From NCBI RefSeq assembly GCF_036321535.1, contig NC_087436.1, forward strand, positions 46,006,001-46,070,000: DNA of 64,000 nt, written 5' to 3'. The DNA is from Camelus dromedarius (lineage: Eukaryota). A program made the translations under genes and the position numbers. Under the pieces are notes generated by a model. It had not been told where the DNA came from, did not search any database, and saw only the letters and a list, made by a program, of their open reading frames with translations. This document shows positions 25,723-39,531 of this stretch, piece after piece (within the stretch, counting starts at the first letter, position 1; every line of letters starts with the position of its first letter).

Positions 25723-25832
25723 CATGTAATCTGAAGAGGCAATGAACTCCACTGTTGAATTCTGAACTTCTGGCCGTTTATGAGGCTCTCCATAAGACCG
25801 GGTGATGGGGTTATACATAAACTCTTCAGGAA
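25723..25832 (-). CDS. SEC24B: SEC24B exon ~10 (110 nt): VPEEFMYNPITRSYGEPHKRPEVQNSTVEFIASSDYM
   Basis: Acceptor ttacctag, donor ATG|gtaact; phase 1-0. Confidence 0.96.
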
Positions 25833-26525
25833 CTAGGTAAGATTAGGAATCCAGCGTAAATTTAGTAACACAATTTGTAACTAAAAACATTTATATGCCT
25901 AGAAATAAACACCTCTATCATCAGTATTTATGAGGTTTACAACAGTTCTGTGAACACCTAATGATAAAAACCAACCTCTTACACCCGCTTGAAAAAAATA
26001 AATCAGAAGGATAAAAAAAATTTATTTTCTGAAATCAGGTGAGAAAACCTGGACCCAGGTAACTCTGCTTCCTAGGCTTGTGTCCCATTTACTATACCCC
26101 ACGACATGGAAAAGAAATCAGACAAACACAAATTTGAAAGCAATTATACCAAGAGGACCTAAGAAATGACTGAAGAGGACAAACGGATACACACGCACGC
26201 TTGTGTCCACATGCACTGGCAAAGATCTACACTGAGCTGAATGGACCAAAGGTACAAACAGAAGACAATCTCAACTTGTCAGGGTCAAGCATACTTAGTC
26301 TGCATGACCTTCGCTGCCAATTTCATGAATTCCTTTTACTTTGCCCTCCCTGTCACTCTCCTCATTATCAGTTATACCCCTGGCCAGATAAAATGAAGCG
26401 TCCCTAGACTGTATTCTTTCCATTAAAAGTGACATGAAAGTTTTTAAAGCAATGAGGATAATGGCAAAAAATGTCAAAATGTTTTAAATAAATTATACAC
26501 ACTTTTTTAAGAATCTGAAACTCAC

Positions 26526-26652
26526 CATCATTAATTCTGTAGCACAAATTGCATTTCCATCTACGTTGATCAATGAAGGATACAAAAGGGTTGATATATG
26601 TTCGACAAGATCGGCACCTCACAATGGTATTGGATGTTATTACTGGTAATTG
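26526..26652 (-). CDS. SEC24B: SEC24B exon ~9 (127 nt), zinc finger: QLPVITSNTIVRCRSCRTYINPFVSFIDQRRWKCNLCYRIND
   Basis: Acceptor cttcctag, donor ATG|gtgagt; Sec23/Sec24 CxxC..CxxC zinc finger. Confidence 0.97.
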
Positions 26653-27838
26653 CTAGGAAGTAAAATAAAGATGTTGTAGCAGACAAAGCACCCGAGGGAA
26701 AAATGGACCACAGACTGCTCTTCTCCACATACAGAACAGAAACCACACTTGTTTTTTGAAATTGAAGCATTTTAATAAAACACACGAGTATGCTGAGGAA
26801 CGCAAGCAGCAATCTAGCTTTCTCCCTCTTCTGTCACAAACTATCAAATAATACCAAAGTCAAGTCAAACTGAACGTAATAAAAGTTACTGGCTGACAAG
26901 AAAAGTCTTGTTGGCCAAGAAAATACAACAACTCAGAGCTTAGAGCTTATCAGCTAAACTCAAGAAACAACAGTGAGAAACATATACCATATAAAAATGC
27001 CTTTGTCTCTGCTGCCTGACTGCCCCTCGCACTAGACCCTAAGGCATTGCGCAGTAGACAACCACACAGTCCTGGTGGGGACTGCGGCCACAAGAAGCCA
27101 AATACAAAATGCCTTAAAGAAATACATCTCTTTATGCTTAGCTTGGAAAAGGAACTTTATATTCAACATAAGAAATTCAGAAAATATGAAATATTATTCT
27201 GTCTCCCTGAACTAACCCCTGATTGGAAACTTAAAAAAGTTAACGTTTTCATCCAATAAACTTGACATGTTTAGACTTTATTATTACAAAGGTTATTTAG
27301 TTAATATAGTTAAGAACAATCATGCAGTCCCCCCCACCTCAACTGGAGAGCGTGGCTGGTGCTTCCTTTACGTTTAATAAAGAACCCCTAAAGTTTATAT
27401 ATCATCTATGGCCTTTTCAACTTCCAAAACTAATTTTTCAAAATCCAACTCAGTTCTCACCACTTGTAGAAAAATTCTGCTACTGTACCCAGAAGGAATC
27501 TCTTCCCATACTGTGCTTACTACCTAAGTAACTCACAGAATTTGATTATGTTACACATATTAGTTATCCGGAACAGTAATTACTTGTTTTCACATCTTTG
27601 TCCCTTGTTAAATAAGAATTTCTTGGGGGCAAGGCCAATGACTTAATCATCTTGCTGTTTACCAGTGCTTAGTTTAGGGACTGTCACAAAACACGTGGCA
27701 GAAAATGTCTGCTGAATTGAATCTGACAGAAATGAATAAATCTAACTTCAAATAAAAGAAGATGAAAAAAATCTAAGAAAATACACAATCTGAATACCTT
27801 GCACATGAGCACAAACATTTCTGAGGATGTTACTTTAC

Positions 27839-27941
27839 CGTTAGGTCTCTGAAGGGATGTAACAACAATCCTAAAGGAAGCTTAGCTTTATTCAGTAAAG
27901 CCTGTGTCTGTGGAATATTTGTCAAAGTACACCGAAATGAA
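27839..27941 (-). CDS. SEC24B: SEC24B exon ~8 (103 nt): SFRCTLTNIPQTQALLNKAKLPLGLLLHPFRDLT
   Basis: Acceptor tttttgcag, donor ACG|gtaaag; phase 2-0; conserved Sec24 motif. Confidence 0.96.
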
Positions 27942-28714
27942 CTGCAAAAATATAAACGACATGGACTATGTTAGCTATCAGAAAACAAAACAAAACAAAA
28001 AAACTGAAGTAGCTAGTTGTAAACAACTAAACATTTAAGGGCAAACTCGTAAAAATCATCTGGGTATGTTACATAACCATAACTAGGAGAATTCTGATTA
28101 CTTTAAACAGGCATGTATGTTATTTATGTCAAAAGACCTAAATTAAGGAGTCAACATTTTCATGGTGGAGAAGTGCAACACATTAAAAAAAAAAAAAACA
28201 ACAGTAACTCTACTATGACTAGCAGGGCACGAGCAGGAGGCGGTAGAAAATACGAGTGAAAAGATACACCTCTGCACCTTTAATGATGCTGTTCCTGCTT
28301 TACTGCCCATTTTTCACATGTTGAACTCTGACTCTTACTGTGAGACTCAAAGTTATAGCTTCACATGAAACCATCCGCGCCCCGATCACAAGTCAGAAGT
28401 AAAGACTTCTTCCTCTGTGCACTGAGATCTGTTTATGCTTCTATGGTATCAATTAGTCGGATCTGCTAGCTGGCTGTGCACTTTGTTTATATCCTCCACT
28501 GGAGATCAGAGATATTTTGTCCCTGTGTCACCCTGGTACTATTCCTCTCACAGAATAAGTGCTTAAAACTTATTAAGTTACAAATTAAGGTCAGCAGACG
28601 TAGAGTCAATAAAGGAACAATCCAAGAGATAAGAGGCTGAGGTACTGGAAACCAGGACAGGAGTTCCTAAGAAGAGTGTTGAACAGTATGTAGAGATATC
28701 CAGATACGTGTTGA

Positions 28715-29290
28715 CTCTAGGCTGGTGGTGTTCCTTGAACACGCCAAGCTGGCTCCTGCTTTGGGACTTCAGCATTTGGTGTTCACGTAGCTTGGCACAC
28801 TCTTTTTCCAGAGTCACATCTTGCTCTCTTGTTTCATTCAAATTTCTATTCAAGTGTTAACTCCTTGCAAAAAACGTATCCTGACTCAATTAAAAATAGT
28901 CACCCTCCACCCTCACTACTCCCTACTTCATAGTAATCTCTGAAAATACATTACATACTCACTGGTTTGACTATTCACAGTATGTCTTCCCTAATATGAT
29001 ATTGGCTGCATGAGATCGGGAACTTTGTTTCTTTCATTTACTGCTTCATTCCCAGCACCTAGCGACAGTGCCTGGCACTTAACTTGGAAGGCATTCAGTA
29101 TATATTTATTGAATGAATTATCTTAACAATAGCAGACACAGTTACTATTCCTGTTTTACAGCTGACAATACTGAGAACTTAAGAGGTTGAATAACTGGGA
29201 CAGTTTCATGGCTACTTATCAGTGGAACCAAGGTAAGAACCTAGGTTTTTCAAACTCTGAAGCATACACTCTAAAGCCTATTACTCTGCT
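28715..29290 (+). mobile_element. L2 3' end followed by MIR fragment
   Basis: cccagcacctagcgacagtgcctggcac...tttattgaatgaat; MIR core gttttacagctgacaatactgag. Confidence 0.65.
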
Positions 29291-30508
29291 TTGCTATTTT
29301 GGTAAGAGATTTTTTCATAGAAAACACATAACTGAGTAGAAGCATACACACCATCCCCTACCTGTGTGACCCCTTACACATGTACATATACTGCATTCAC
29401 CTACTTGGGGATGCCTAACCCATCACACACAGGCCGTGATCCACACACCTACTGCCCTGACAGCAGTTTACATTAAGGATGGGCAGCTCTTCTCAATCTA
29501 GAATCATTGATTATACATTTTTATAGATATGATCTTGGCACTCACTGATGGGGGGCTGGCAATAGACTGTGGCAGAAGAGGTGGAACCCTCAAAGCATCT
29601 CCATTTCCTGTTTCCTGTATTGGAAATCCATATAAGGCAGTGGCTGAAAAACGCTAGAAAACTATCGCCTTAAAAAAAAAAGCCTTTAAAGAACACTAAT
29701 TTTCCTAATGCAAGGAAGAAGATAATGTTGTCTGTGAATCAGAGTTTACTTTCTGAGGAGAGATTCCAGAAGCAGGAGGTCTTCTAAAAAGCATCCTAGT
29801 CTTAGGAGACAGAAGGACCGAAAGCAGACAAGAACGGAGAACTTTTAGTTTTGGGGGCACTGGGAGGTGAGAAACAGAGCTCACCCACCTAAAGGATACA
29901 CCAGGGGCTGTGGCCACCAGAAGGAGGCTGCCTGCTAAACTGTTCCACGAGGCAAGGAAACACTCAAAGAAAATCTAAATCTAAATTCAGGCTGGATAAA
30001 TAAGCCTGGGGTCAATGGTCTTCACACTCTATACTGAGTGGGAAAAGAAAATTCAGAGGAAAACGTATCTGAACCTGGGGTCTACATAAGTGAAGTCTGT
30101 ATCCTTTTCAAGCAAAGATTGACGGGCATAAAATTTTAAAGATTTCGCTTAATTTAAAAGACATCAGAAGTTACTACTGGTGAAAAGTGAGGAAAAAAGA
30201 AATTTAAGAAAAGAAAAATATAGTTAGATTTGGGTTCCTAAGACCCTTCACTAAAATAGAAAAAAAAAATTCTGAAGCATTAGGTGATAGGGAATGAGAC
30301 TGAATGGCAACAGAGATGGGGACAGGGACAGGTGATCTGAATTGAATTTTACATCTGGAACTTCTTTACAGACTAAATTAGAAGAGTTTACGTTAACAAA
30401 ACTTCCAATCAAGGAATTAATATCATATTACTTTTACTATTTTTGAAAGTCATACAGTGTTTTTGACAAGGTATCTTACTTACTTAAGATTTTAAATTAA
30501 ATACTTAC

Positions 30509-30693
30509 TCTGGGCTACAATTCAATTTTCTGAGGTCTAAATTCAAGTTAGGTACAGGAGCCCAAACAGGAGTCATGGGTAAAATATTCCTCTCTTGAGT
30601 AAGGTTTACAGGTCTCAAGCTCTCTGGCTGTGAGGAACTCTGAAGACTCAATCCTCCCAGACTGGATGACAGTTGGTTCATACCAGGATACTG
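30509..30693 (-). CDS. SEC24B: SEC24B exon ~7 (185 nt): QYPGMNQLSSSLGGLSLQ...KLNCSP
   Basis: Tandem acceptor ttttcagcag, donor GA|gtaagt; phase 0-2. Confidence 0.95.
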
Positions 30694-31129
30694 CTGAAAA
30701 GAGCAACTCAGAATGAAACAGAAGAACAATATAACAAGCATAAATAAAACTTATAGTATACATAGGTTTTAAGCATACAGAAAAGGCAAGAAGATAAGAA
30801 AATTTAAATCTGGCTTTGTAATAGCAGGATGACTTAATAGAGCAGCTCACAGCTTAAAGCATTCTTGAAAAAAAAAAAAAACTCAAAGCAAAATACTGAA
30901 TAATTTTAAAACTTATTTGCACCATTAAATTTCACAGCAAAACTTCAACAACAATGCTTTCAATGTCAAAGAAGTTAGTTTCTCTGAATACACTTCATAC
31001 TAGAAAGGCAGGATAAATGCTTGTTTTCAAGTTTTTTCAATTATCAATTTTCAGAATGAGTTGATGCCAGAGAAATGTACTATGACGTTCAATGAGTTTT
31101 GCTTTGCTCATTTTTTTGTTTCCTCTGTT

Positions 31130-32930
31130 ATATATTTAGTATTATTATGAACTCACGGCTCTTCATCAACTCAAAGTGACTTGGCAAATTAGGGTTATTA
31201 TTCACTTTGATGCCCAAACTACCCAATCTTTGGCCAGTGAGAGCCCCTTCAAGCTGGCCTGAGTGTCCTTTTGACATGAACTCATTAGTCTTTGTTAGCT
31301 TCCTTGCTTTCTGGCATAACATTTTGTATTATTCCTCCTTCAGACCTAAAGTTAGTCGTTTATCCAAAAAAGAATCTTGGTTCCTTTTAAGTAGGGTTGG
31401 AATCTAGAGACCATAATCTGGATAACAAGGGTGTTCATTGCTAGTGTGCTGTTATTACTTCCCGCTTCTATAATAGGTAGAAATAGAAAACATACATTTT
31501 TAAATAGATGGAAAAAAATAATGAGTTTACAAAGACATTTCCAATCCAAATTTTAGAAAATGGCATTCTAACTTCTTTGGTTTTATGTCTGTATCTCTTC
31601 ACTTTCACTGAAAATCTTGACTCCTATGGTAACATCTTTATTTTATCCTATGATATACCAAAATAGTTGCAAAATAACAATACCAATACTGTTATAAATG
31701 TGAGGTTATTAAATTAAATGTAAGATTTCTTTGTAGCTCTTTTTGTCCTTAGATTATTCCCCACTGAAAACATACCAAATACTGTTTTAAGATTAGCTAG
31801 AACAGTGCTTTTTTCCTGTATCAGAATGTATCCAACTTGATAAACTGGTTTATTTGTTTCTGTTTGCTTTTAATTTTTAAGGATTGCTGTCTACCTTTTT
31901 AACTTCAAAAAATTTTTGAGTAAACATAAAATTTACATAATTTACAAATATAAACTAATACATACACTGCTCTAAATATGACCCTTTTTTTAACCTAAAA
32001 AAATGTCCTGGCAATAACTCTATGTCTATATATAGAGATTTTCCACATTCTTTTTTACAGTTACTGAGCACTCTATTATGTGAATGTACTGCAGAATTCT
32101 AGCTAATAAATGCAGAATGATAAATTCAGGAAAATCACTATTTTACAATCCATCCTGAAATAAATGATGCACGTAATGGTCATCTGGAATAGATGATAAA
32201 CAAGTATCAATAGATGATAAAGTCACTAAGTGAAAGCTTCATGAGGAACTTCACAATGAAGAGATCAGGCTGTCACCATATAAACCAACTAATCAATCCC
32301 AGCACCACTAAAAGTGAGACAACCAGATATTATGATGTACACAGAACCAAAACGTATCATATTTTGGCTTAGGGAAATAAACAAATGAAGCAATAAACCC
32401 AAATATAATCAAGCCATTAGATCTAATTTCTAGTCCATAGGAAGTATAACAGAGGAACAAGTTAAATGACACCACAAGAGGCAATCAGCAAAATTCAGAA
32501 TATGGGACATTCTACAGGACAACAGACCCAGTTTTTTCAGAAGATCAAAGGCATGAAAAATGGGCAAGGATGATTGTTTTAAAATTAAAGAGAATTGAGA
32601 GGCATAAGCAAATACAATTAGTAAACCTTGTTTAGATTCTGATTTGAACAAACCAACTGCAAAAAAGCAATTCTGAAATGAGGCAAATCTGAATATGGAC
32701 TGAACTTTAAATGACATTTAGAAATTACTATTAATTTTGCTGGATATGGCAGTGGTATTGTGATCTGCAAGAAATGATCTTTTCTATCTCCCCGCCTCCT
32801 CTTGCCCAGGATTAGCTTTAAAATCCTCTGCAATAAAAGGTGTGTGTGTGTGTGTGTGTGTGTGTGTAGGGGGCAGATGAAACAAATACAGCAAAATATT
32901 GACAGTAATTGAAGTGAGTGATGTTAAGGG
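31130..32930. mobile_element. Old L1MC/ME-type fragments in both orientations
   Basis: Motifs related to 47960-49200 (ggacattctacaggacaacagaccc). Confidence 0.55.
32839..32867. repeat. (GT)n microsatellite
   Basis: Directly visible. Confidence 0.95.
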
Positions 32931-33549
32931 GGAAAAAAAAACCTAGATAATGAAAAGGATTCTGAGTTTTTGGTAGAGCTCTAAAGGATGAAAGAAAACA
33001 TCATTATATGGATCCAATAATAGTGTATAATAGAAAACCCCAAACAAATCCAAGTTTAGGGTAAGAACTTAAAATTCTTTAAGAATTTAGGATATAAAAT
33101 AAGGGTAGGATATTTAATCAATGAGAAAAAGACTATTTAATAAATATCATTGAAATTAGAGCCAAATATTTTGGGGGTAAATGAGATTTATTATTTACAT
33201 TATATATCAAAATAAAACCTTAAGTGGATTAAAGATACAAAAAGGTAATCACCAAAAAACTAAAAAAAATTTTCCTAATCTTAAGGTTGAAAAGAGCTTT
33301 TAAAGGATACAAACAAAGGTGAAAACAAAAAAAGCAATAACATGATCATATAAAACTAAACATTTTTCCAATGTAAAATAAAATGCCATTAAAATTAAAA
33401 ACAAATTTTAAGCTCAGGGAAAAAATTCCAACATATATTAGACAAAAGATTAATGTACTTATTACAGATAGCTTTTACAAACCAGAAGGACCTGGATACA
33501 ATAATGGTGAAAGAATATAAACAGTGATTTCAATTAAGAAACACAAATG

Positions 33550-33824
33550 TACAGACTTGTGGTTGCCTAAGGGGAAGGGGTGTGGGAAGGGATAAACTGG
33601 GAGTATGAGATTTGCAGATAGTGACTGGTATATATAAAACAGATAAAAAAAAGTTTATACTGCATAGCATAGGGAAATACATTCAATATCTTATAGTAGC
33701 TCATGGTGAAAAAGAATATGAAAATGAATATTTGTATATTCATGTATGACTGAAGAATTGTGCTGTACACCAGAAACTGACACAACACTGTAAACTGACT
33801 ATACCTCAGTAAAATAAATCAAAA
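33550..33824 (+). mobile_element. Short LINE-1 3'UTR insertion, related to 5550-6835
   Basis: Similar to 6560-6830; perfect 14-nt TSD aagaaacacaaatg at 33536-33549 and 33825-33838. Confidence 0.9.
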
Positions 33825-33944
33825 AAGAAACACAAATGACTGAGAATTATGAAAAAAATTTTGCTTATAAAAATAATTCTTGGCATACTTAGTAATAGAG
33901 AAATGGACAGTCACAGACACTCTTGCTGGGAATATTGGCACATT

Positions 33945-34895
33945 ATCTCTCTATACCTGACCACCAAATATTGATCAACTACTGTCTGCCAGACATCTCC
34001 ACTTGGATGTCTATTTTAACTTAATATGATCAACTCACTTCCCATTCCCTGAATCATTGCTCTGTCTTCACCATCTAAGCTAATACACTACCCTCTACCC
34101 AGTTGCCCTGCCAAAAACCTAAGAGTTATCCCTGATGCCTTCCTTTCCTTCACCCACCACATCCAGTCATTCATCAACAAGTCCAAAGATATCCCTTATC
34201 CATCCACTTTTTACTACCTCTTTTTCTGGGTTGATGGCAAAGCTTTCATTTATCTCCCTGTTTCCATTTTTGTCTTTTCAAATACTCCCATCCCTAATCC
34301 GTTCTTCACATGGTAGCTAAATGATTCTCTAAATACATAGATCAGATTTCATTCTATTCCATAAAATCTCCAATGTCTCCCCTTTGGACTTGGCGTAAAA
34401 TTCAAGCTTCTGACTATGGTCCTTCCCTAGCTTTCTGATCTCATTCCTATTACTCTTCCCATTGTTAACTGAGTTCCAGCCACACTGGGACTTTGTTCTT
34501 GGAACACGTTAAAGTTGCTCCTGCTCAAGTCTCTGTATATACGTATTCTCAGCCTGAAATGCTCTACCCCCAAATTGTCCTAGGGTCTGGCTTTTCGTGT
34601 CATTCAAATATTAACTTAAACGTAACTTCTACCATGAGGGCTTTCCTGACTGTTTACTCCATATCCCCCAAACCCAGCAATTTCCTGAACTTGTCTTGCT
34701 TCATAGCACTTGTAACTATTTGAAATTAGGTTATTAATTTATTGATTTATTTATTTATTGTCCCATTGGCCCCGCACTCCCACCAAGTTTACAGGGAGAA
34801 GGAACTGTTTTGCTCACTTAACTTCCTCTTGTATCCTCAGTGCCTAGAGTAGGGCTGCCACATGGTAGGAACTCAGTTTTCACCGAATGAATAAA
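33945..34895 (+). mobile_element. L2 LINE fragment
   Basis: agacatctccacttggatgtcta...gtatcctcagtgcctagagtagggctgccacatggtaggaactcag...gaatgaat. Confidence 0.7.
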
Positions 34896-36597
34896 TAGAG
34901 AGAAATTCTCAAGTCTGGTAAATAGGTCCTATGATTCACTAATTCACACTCAGCTATGCCCAGTGATAGGCTGGATGACTATAAAACGTTATGCAGCTTT
35001 CAGATGAAGGATAGGCAGTGATATAAAAGTTTCCTCTTATGCTGTTAAAGGAATAGAAAATTTATAAAACAACATCCGTATTTATCAACTTTTTTTATTT
35101 GTTTGTTTAAAGAGGTCATTTGGATGACCAGCTTTACTAGCTTCCCCCCACAAATGCACAGCAAGAAACCTAAAAGGATAGACTCCAAGTGTTTATATCT
35201 TGATGATGGGAGGATTGGTTGATATTTATCTTCCACTTTTATTTATTTCTGCATCTTATTCTAATTGATCATGAACCTTTTTAAAGTTAAAAAAAAAAAA
35301 AAGAAGCCATACAGTATCTATATCTGGGTTTTCACATGTACACTAAAATATTTTTCTAATTTTTATTTTCATTTTTAAACATCAACTTTTTTCCTGTTTT
35401 TCAACATTGAAAAACAAATTTTAAGTTTTTTTTCTTCCTCAAAGGATAACCGCTGGAGTTTCCCACTAGTTAATAAAATTTATCTCTAATAAATGAATAC
35501 AAAGAAAGCCCTTAGATTTCAGAACCCTCCCACTGAGTTGCACTAAATGCAACATTTAAAAGCATTTCAATTTTATTATAGAAAGCTGCTTAAAACTAAA
35601 GTAAAATATTCTTATCCTAACTAGGACTTCAAAAATAAATGGCTTCTTTTAAAATTAGTTTGTTCATATTAGATAAAAACCTGTAATCTTGCCAGTAGAC
35701 AGGTAAGAATTTAAATGTAGATCCTAGCTATGCGCTTTAATTATCATTGCTCACTTACTCTGAAATAGTAGTGTCCCATCTGGACCAATAAAGAAAATCT
35801 AACAAAATGGAAGGCAGGTAAGTACTAACCAATCATTTTTCTCCAGTGTGTCTCCCAGTTTCCTCTTTCCTTCTGTGCCTTAATTCTAAGATTAAATTCC
35901 AGAAACACATGGTTTTCTTATTTCCACTCTAATTTTCATTGCTTCACCACAGGAGGAAATTTCTGCTAGACTACTAAGAGCAGTTTTTTTTTTAATTATA
36001 AGTAGAATGCTTTTGCCATTTCAATCATTTCCTTAAATTCTATTTTTTCTCAATAAATATAAATATAAAATAATTATTATCCTATTACTAAACTGATATG
36101 GTATTTAAGAGGTGACTCCCAGAAAGGTCACGTCAAAACGAGTCACAGCAGTAACTATGAACAAATGTACTCATAAGAATTTGTGTGTGGAGGCTTTTTA
36201 CCAATTTCAGTTACATGTCATGGAGATTTCTTCAACTTAAGAGTTGGAACCAAAATCCCCACCATATTAACACCATGTCATTTTTTTAAGGAGAAAGTCA
36301 GCTTAGTAATATAAAATTTTAACTAATAATTAATTTCCTGATATAAAATTAATACCTGTATATTGCAGAGACTCTGAAAAATAAAAGTACAATGCAGAAA
36401 AAAAATCATAGCTAACACCTTTTATCTTTTTCTATGTACGAACATACACAAAAAACTGGAACCAAATTCTACGTACATTTGATCTAGGCTTATCTGTGTT
36501 CGTACTTATGATCCATTTGAATCACCAAGGGTTTGTCAGAATTGATAACAGTTTCACAATTTTTAGAAATGCAGTCTTTAAATGACTAAATACATAC

Positions 36598-36821
36598 TTG
36601 AGCATACTGCTGGAATCCAGAATAGCCTGGGCTACTGGGCGGTACTCCAGAATTGAGTGGTGTTGTGGCATTCTGATATCCAGGCTGAAGAGCTGGGTAA
36701 CCATATCCAAACGGCTTAGCCAGTTTTGAAGGCTGAGGAACAGTGGGGACTGGAGCTGGAGCCGGGTCAGGTTCAGGAGCGGGCTCAGGAGCAGGACTGC
36801 TTGCTGATGAGGAGAGCATAT
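36598..36821 (-). CDS. SEC24B: SEC24B exon ~6 (224 nt): DMLSSSASSPAPEPAPEPDPAPAP...GFQQYAQ
   Basis: Acceptor ttttgttag, donor CAA|gtatgt; phase 1-0. Confidence 0.95.
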
Positions 36822-38486
36822 CTAACAAAAGGAAAATAATGGTGTTAACAACAGAAAATCAGGACTCCATAAAGGCTCCTGGGTGGTCCATAACTTTTGG
36901 CATTCCCCAATGCCATTTTTAAGTTTTTATTATGAGAAATTTTGAACATAAAAGTAGAGAAAATAGAAAAATTAACCCCATATACACATCACTCAGGTTT
37001 AATAATCATTAATATTTTGCTCATCTTGTTTCACATGTTCCCACTTTATCTTTTTTTAACAAAAGTATTTACAAGAAAACCCCATTTTGTATTATTTCAC
37101 AACAAATACTTCAACTGGTATTTCTAATAGATAAGCCCTTCATATTTATACATATTAAATACATATATAAGAAATATAGTATATATTATAATATATTTAT
37201 GTATATAAAAATTTATTTTTCTTTTTATTCTCTCAGCAGAAATGGGGACAAGAAGCAGAAGACAAAGCAAAGCAATAAAAAGGGTGCTAACTACTCTTTT
37301 CTCTAACTTGCTTTTTTTCTGACCCTGACATCTATTTTTAAAAAGTCCATGGCAAGAGTGGCTTATTTCCACAGTCCCCTAGAAGTCTGCTTTATTTGCA
37401 AAGGCAAAACTGTGAAAATATGAAAGACAGTTGCTGGAATAGTGTTCAGCTCCTAGAACAACGTCTGGTATGTAGTAGAGAACAAGTAAAATTTAATGAA
37501 TGAATGTTCTTCCTTTATTTAAATTTATAACAAAAACTAAAACTTGATAAAAACTGTGAAAAAACTATAGAAAATTTAATCATCACATGTAAGAATAACA
37601 ACAAAAAGAAAGTCTATTACTCTACTGCACACAATGATTAGTAACATTTTGTTATACTAAGTCTTATTTTTAAGTCAAATCTAAAATAAATGTGTATTTT
37701 AGTCTAGTTTTCATTTAAAACTATACTCCTCACCAGCAATCAGACTCTGCGAAGAATACATTCCTAAAAGCATCTGACTTAATAAATTTACTTTTTTTAG
37801 AAGGTGGTTGAGGAGTCGTATCTTTCTACTGACTCTGTGGACTCTCATTTTGAAGACACGTTCCTAGGCACTGGGCTATCATCTTGTGCTAATTAGGCAA
37901 GCGCTAGCTTCCTGGTCACCCCCCAGGCTTCTTAAAAGGACAAGAGCTTCAATGCAGCTTCTTCAAAGGACAAGCTTAGATCTCCTGCTTGTCTCTCCTC
38001 CCAGTGATGGGAATAAAAGTGACAACAGTCATCAGCATAAGAAATAAAGAACTCGGGTCCTAAACATGGGGGTCTAAAACTTCTCTCCTTTTTTGGGAAA
38101 GGAATACTGTTTCATACATTTCTACAGTCCTAAGACCTACCTAGTACCTGACATACTTTCAATTCATTTAATCTGACTGTGACAGATATTCACATCTTTC
38201 CTTAATTTTGGTGCAGTACAAATAGCTGGAATACTTGCCCAAGGTCATTCACTTACGGTCAAAGCACAGTTCATAACAAGATTAAGATTTGTTGATTAAA
38301 TGAATACAGACAAACAAAGCAAGGCCATAATCTTTTAAATACATTGCATGGGGCATTTTACCTCAGGTTAATTTGAAGACCATGAAATACTACAGTCACA
38401 GTATTCATCCTTTAGTGAATGAAGTAACTTCTAACTTCTATTTGATAATGGCAATTGCTTTTAGAATGGTCCACAACCTCCAACAC

Positions 38487-38487
<1 letters not shown>

Positions 38488-38518
<31 letters not shown>
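38488..38518. repeat. (CA)n microsatellite
   Basis: Directly visible. Confidence 0.95.
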
Positions 38519-38520
<2 letters not shown>

Positions 38521-39450
38521 TTCCCTAGGGAAAAAAAACCTTACCCACAAAAGATTGAGTAGCTTATTTAAGTATTCTTGAAATATTAAAAGGGAACTCT
38601 ATACTAAGCTGAGAAGATTAGTTTTCTGATTCATAGAATAATGATAGCAAGATAGTGTGTTAAGTCCAGCGTTCTCCAACTTCAATTAAGCTTCATCCTG
38701 GATAATTAACAATGTTATAAGAAAAACAAGGGCAAAATTCCTTGTTCTGTTAGTCTTAAAGTTTGGAATCACAAGGGAAGAGAAAGAGGGAGGTCAGGTG
38801 TGGCTGCCTGGTTGCCGGTGATAGCAAACAGGCAAATTACGAAGATACCAGTACATGACATTATAATGAAATGACTATTCATTATGAAAGTTAAGTTTGT
38901 AATTTTTTTAACACTATCCACCACTCCTGCTCCTATGTAATGCAAAGTTATTTCAAGATACGATTAAAAGGAATGCCTCCAAAATCTACTCCCAAGTTGG
39001 GTAACCTATTTACCTGTTGGAGGCAGCAAGGAGCCAGGGGGGGAGTAAAGAGTCAAAAACTATTTATATTCAGAGGCTAGTTGGAAGAAATTCAAGGACC
39101 TAAGCATGAGAACAGAAATATAAAATTTATTTAAGGAGTTATCAGCATAAAAAAGAAGGGAAAAGAAGAGAAAAATTTCAGTATTATGTCTCTTAGAAAG
39201 AGGAAAAAGATAAGGAACATAATAATAAAAATGGAATAATATATTTCCTTAGGCCTTCCAGAAATAGCATTCATAGTCATTACAAGGCCATTAGCGCTAT
39301 TAAGTTAAGGCTGAGAAATACCAGGAAAATGTCTTTTTTTTCTGTTAAAAATATAGTCTGATAACTATGTACAATATATGCTCATGTTTGAAAGCAACTG
39401 ATGGTCAGTCACTTTTTGAGTAAACATCAAATAAGCAGGAAACAAATTAC

Positions 39451-39531
39451 CTGGGTAACTGCCTCCTTCTAGGGCATCGTAACTGTTGGGCATCGGAGAA
39501 GCACTGCTTGTGGTAGAAGAGCTGTCAACAC
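39451..39531 (-). CDS. SEC24B: SEC24B exon ~5 (81 nt): GVDSSSTTSSASPMPNSYDALEGGSYP
   Basis: Acceptor tccttttag, donor CAG|gtaatt; phase 1-1. Confidence 0.95.

Noticed and set aside
29911..29928. CTCF-like motif tggccaccagaaggaggc
   Set aside because: Two mismatches at core positions; such matches are expected by chance in 64 kb without binding data.
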